From positions 1 through 48,206 of the forward strand of contig DYON01000001.1 in NCBI GenBank assembly GCA_020720525.1: a stretch of 48,206 bases of DNA. The letters are read 5' to 3'. Source of the DNA: Acetofilamentum sp. (GTDB taxonomy: Bacteria > Bacteroidota > Bacteroidia > Bacteroidales > DTU049). Made by a program: the position numbers and the translations under genes. This document shows, piece after piece, positions 48,157-48,206 of this stretch. The notes under the pieces are model-generated. The model saw only the letters and a program-made list of their open reading frames with translations. It was not told the origin of the DNA and ran no database searches. How positions within the stretch are numbered: position 1 is the first letter of the stretch; the number at the start of each line of letters is the position of its first letter.

Positions 48157-48206
48157 TTCAAAATCAATTTCTGCAAAGATACATAATGAATATTGAAATG
48201 ATTTTG

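Noticed and set aside
1-48206. Search for CRISPR arrays, IS elements or transposases, integrases, prophage genes, restriction-modification, toxin-antitoxin or known defence-system genes
   Set aside because: I saw no regularly spaced direct repeats with unique spacers, no terminal inverted repeats flanking an ORF, and no recombinase, nuclease or methyltransferase motifs in any ORF of 60 aa or more. ORFs under 60 aa are not in the track and were only spot-checked.

Overview
This 48.2 kb window looks like an ordinary chromosomal segment of a Bacteroidota genome. The evidence is several proteins with type IX secretion (T9SS) C-terminal sorting domains, GldH-like and PorT/SprT-like genes, TAnnTTTG-type -7 boxes, and no Shine-Dalgarno sequences. 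All calls come from reading the sequence and ORF track and from motif recognition; no searches were run.

Most of the window is housekeeping:
- tRNA-Leu(TAG), then tig-clpP-clpX
- a three-gene biotin-dependent acyl-CoA carboxylase operon (carboxyltransferase, biotin carboxylase, BCCP)
- an M20 amidohydrolase, Nif3 plus a COG1579-type zinc-ribbon protein, proS, mazG, a mobA-like gene, ychF, dnaB and pheT

Between these lie envelope and secretome genes:
- two paralogous L-type-lectin T9SS proteins, followed by a TPR/5-TM/LytTR one-component regulator
- a T9SS-targeted peptidoglycan amidase fused to CUB, LamG-like, FN3 and PKD domains
- a 1097-aa protein with PD40 repeats and an Omp85-type barrel
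- a Big_5-like lipoprotein plus large porin pair

I found no transposase, integrase, CRISPR array, restriction-modification, toxin-antitoxin or recognisable defence genes, so I cannot name a clear novel multi-gene system.

The best candidates for follow-up are:
1. A two-gene module (27019-30263): a lipoprotein that is almost entirely low-complexity, next to a FadL/PorV-like barrel. The lipoprotein has a 152-aa block with about 50 Tyr and 11 Trp, then a tail with regularly spaced Arg in x-R-P units.
2. The lectin pair plus the membrane-tethered LytTR regulator (10620-17493).
3. Two decayed genes: one reading frame with three in-frame stops, and an AraC/GyrI regulator with a 1-nt deletion.
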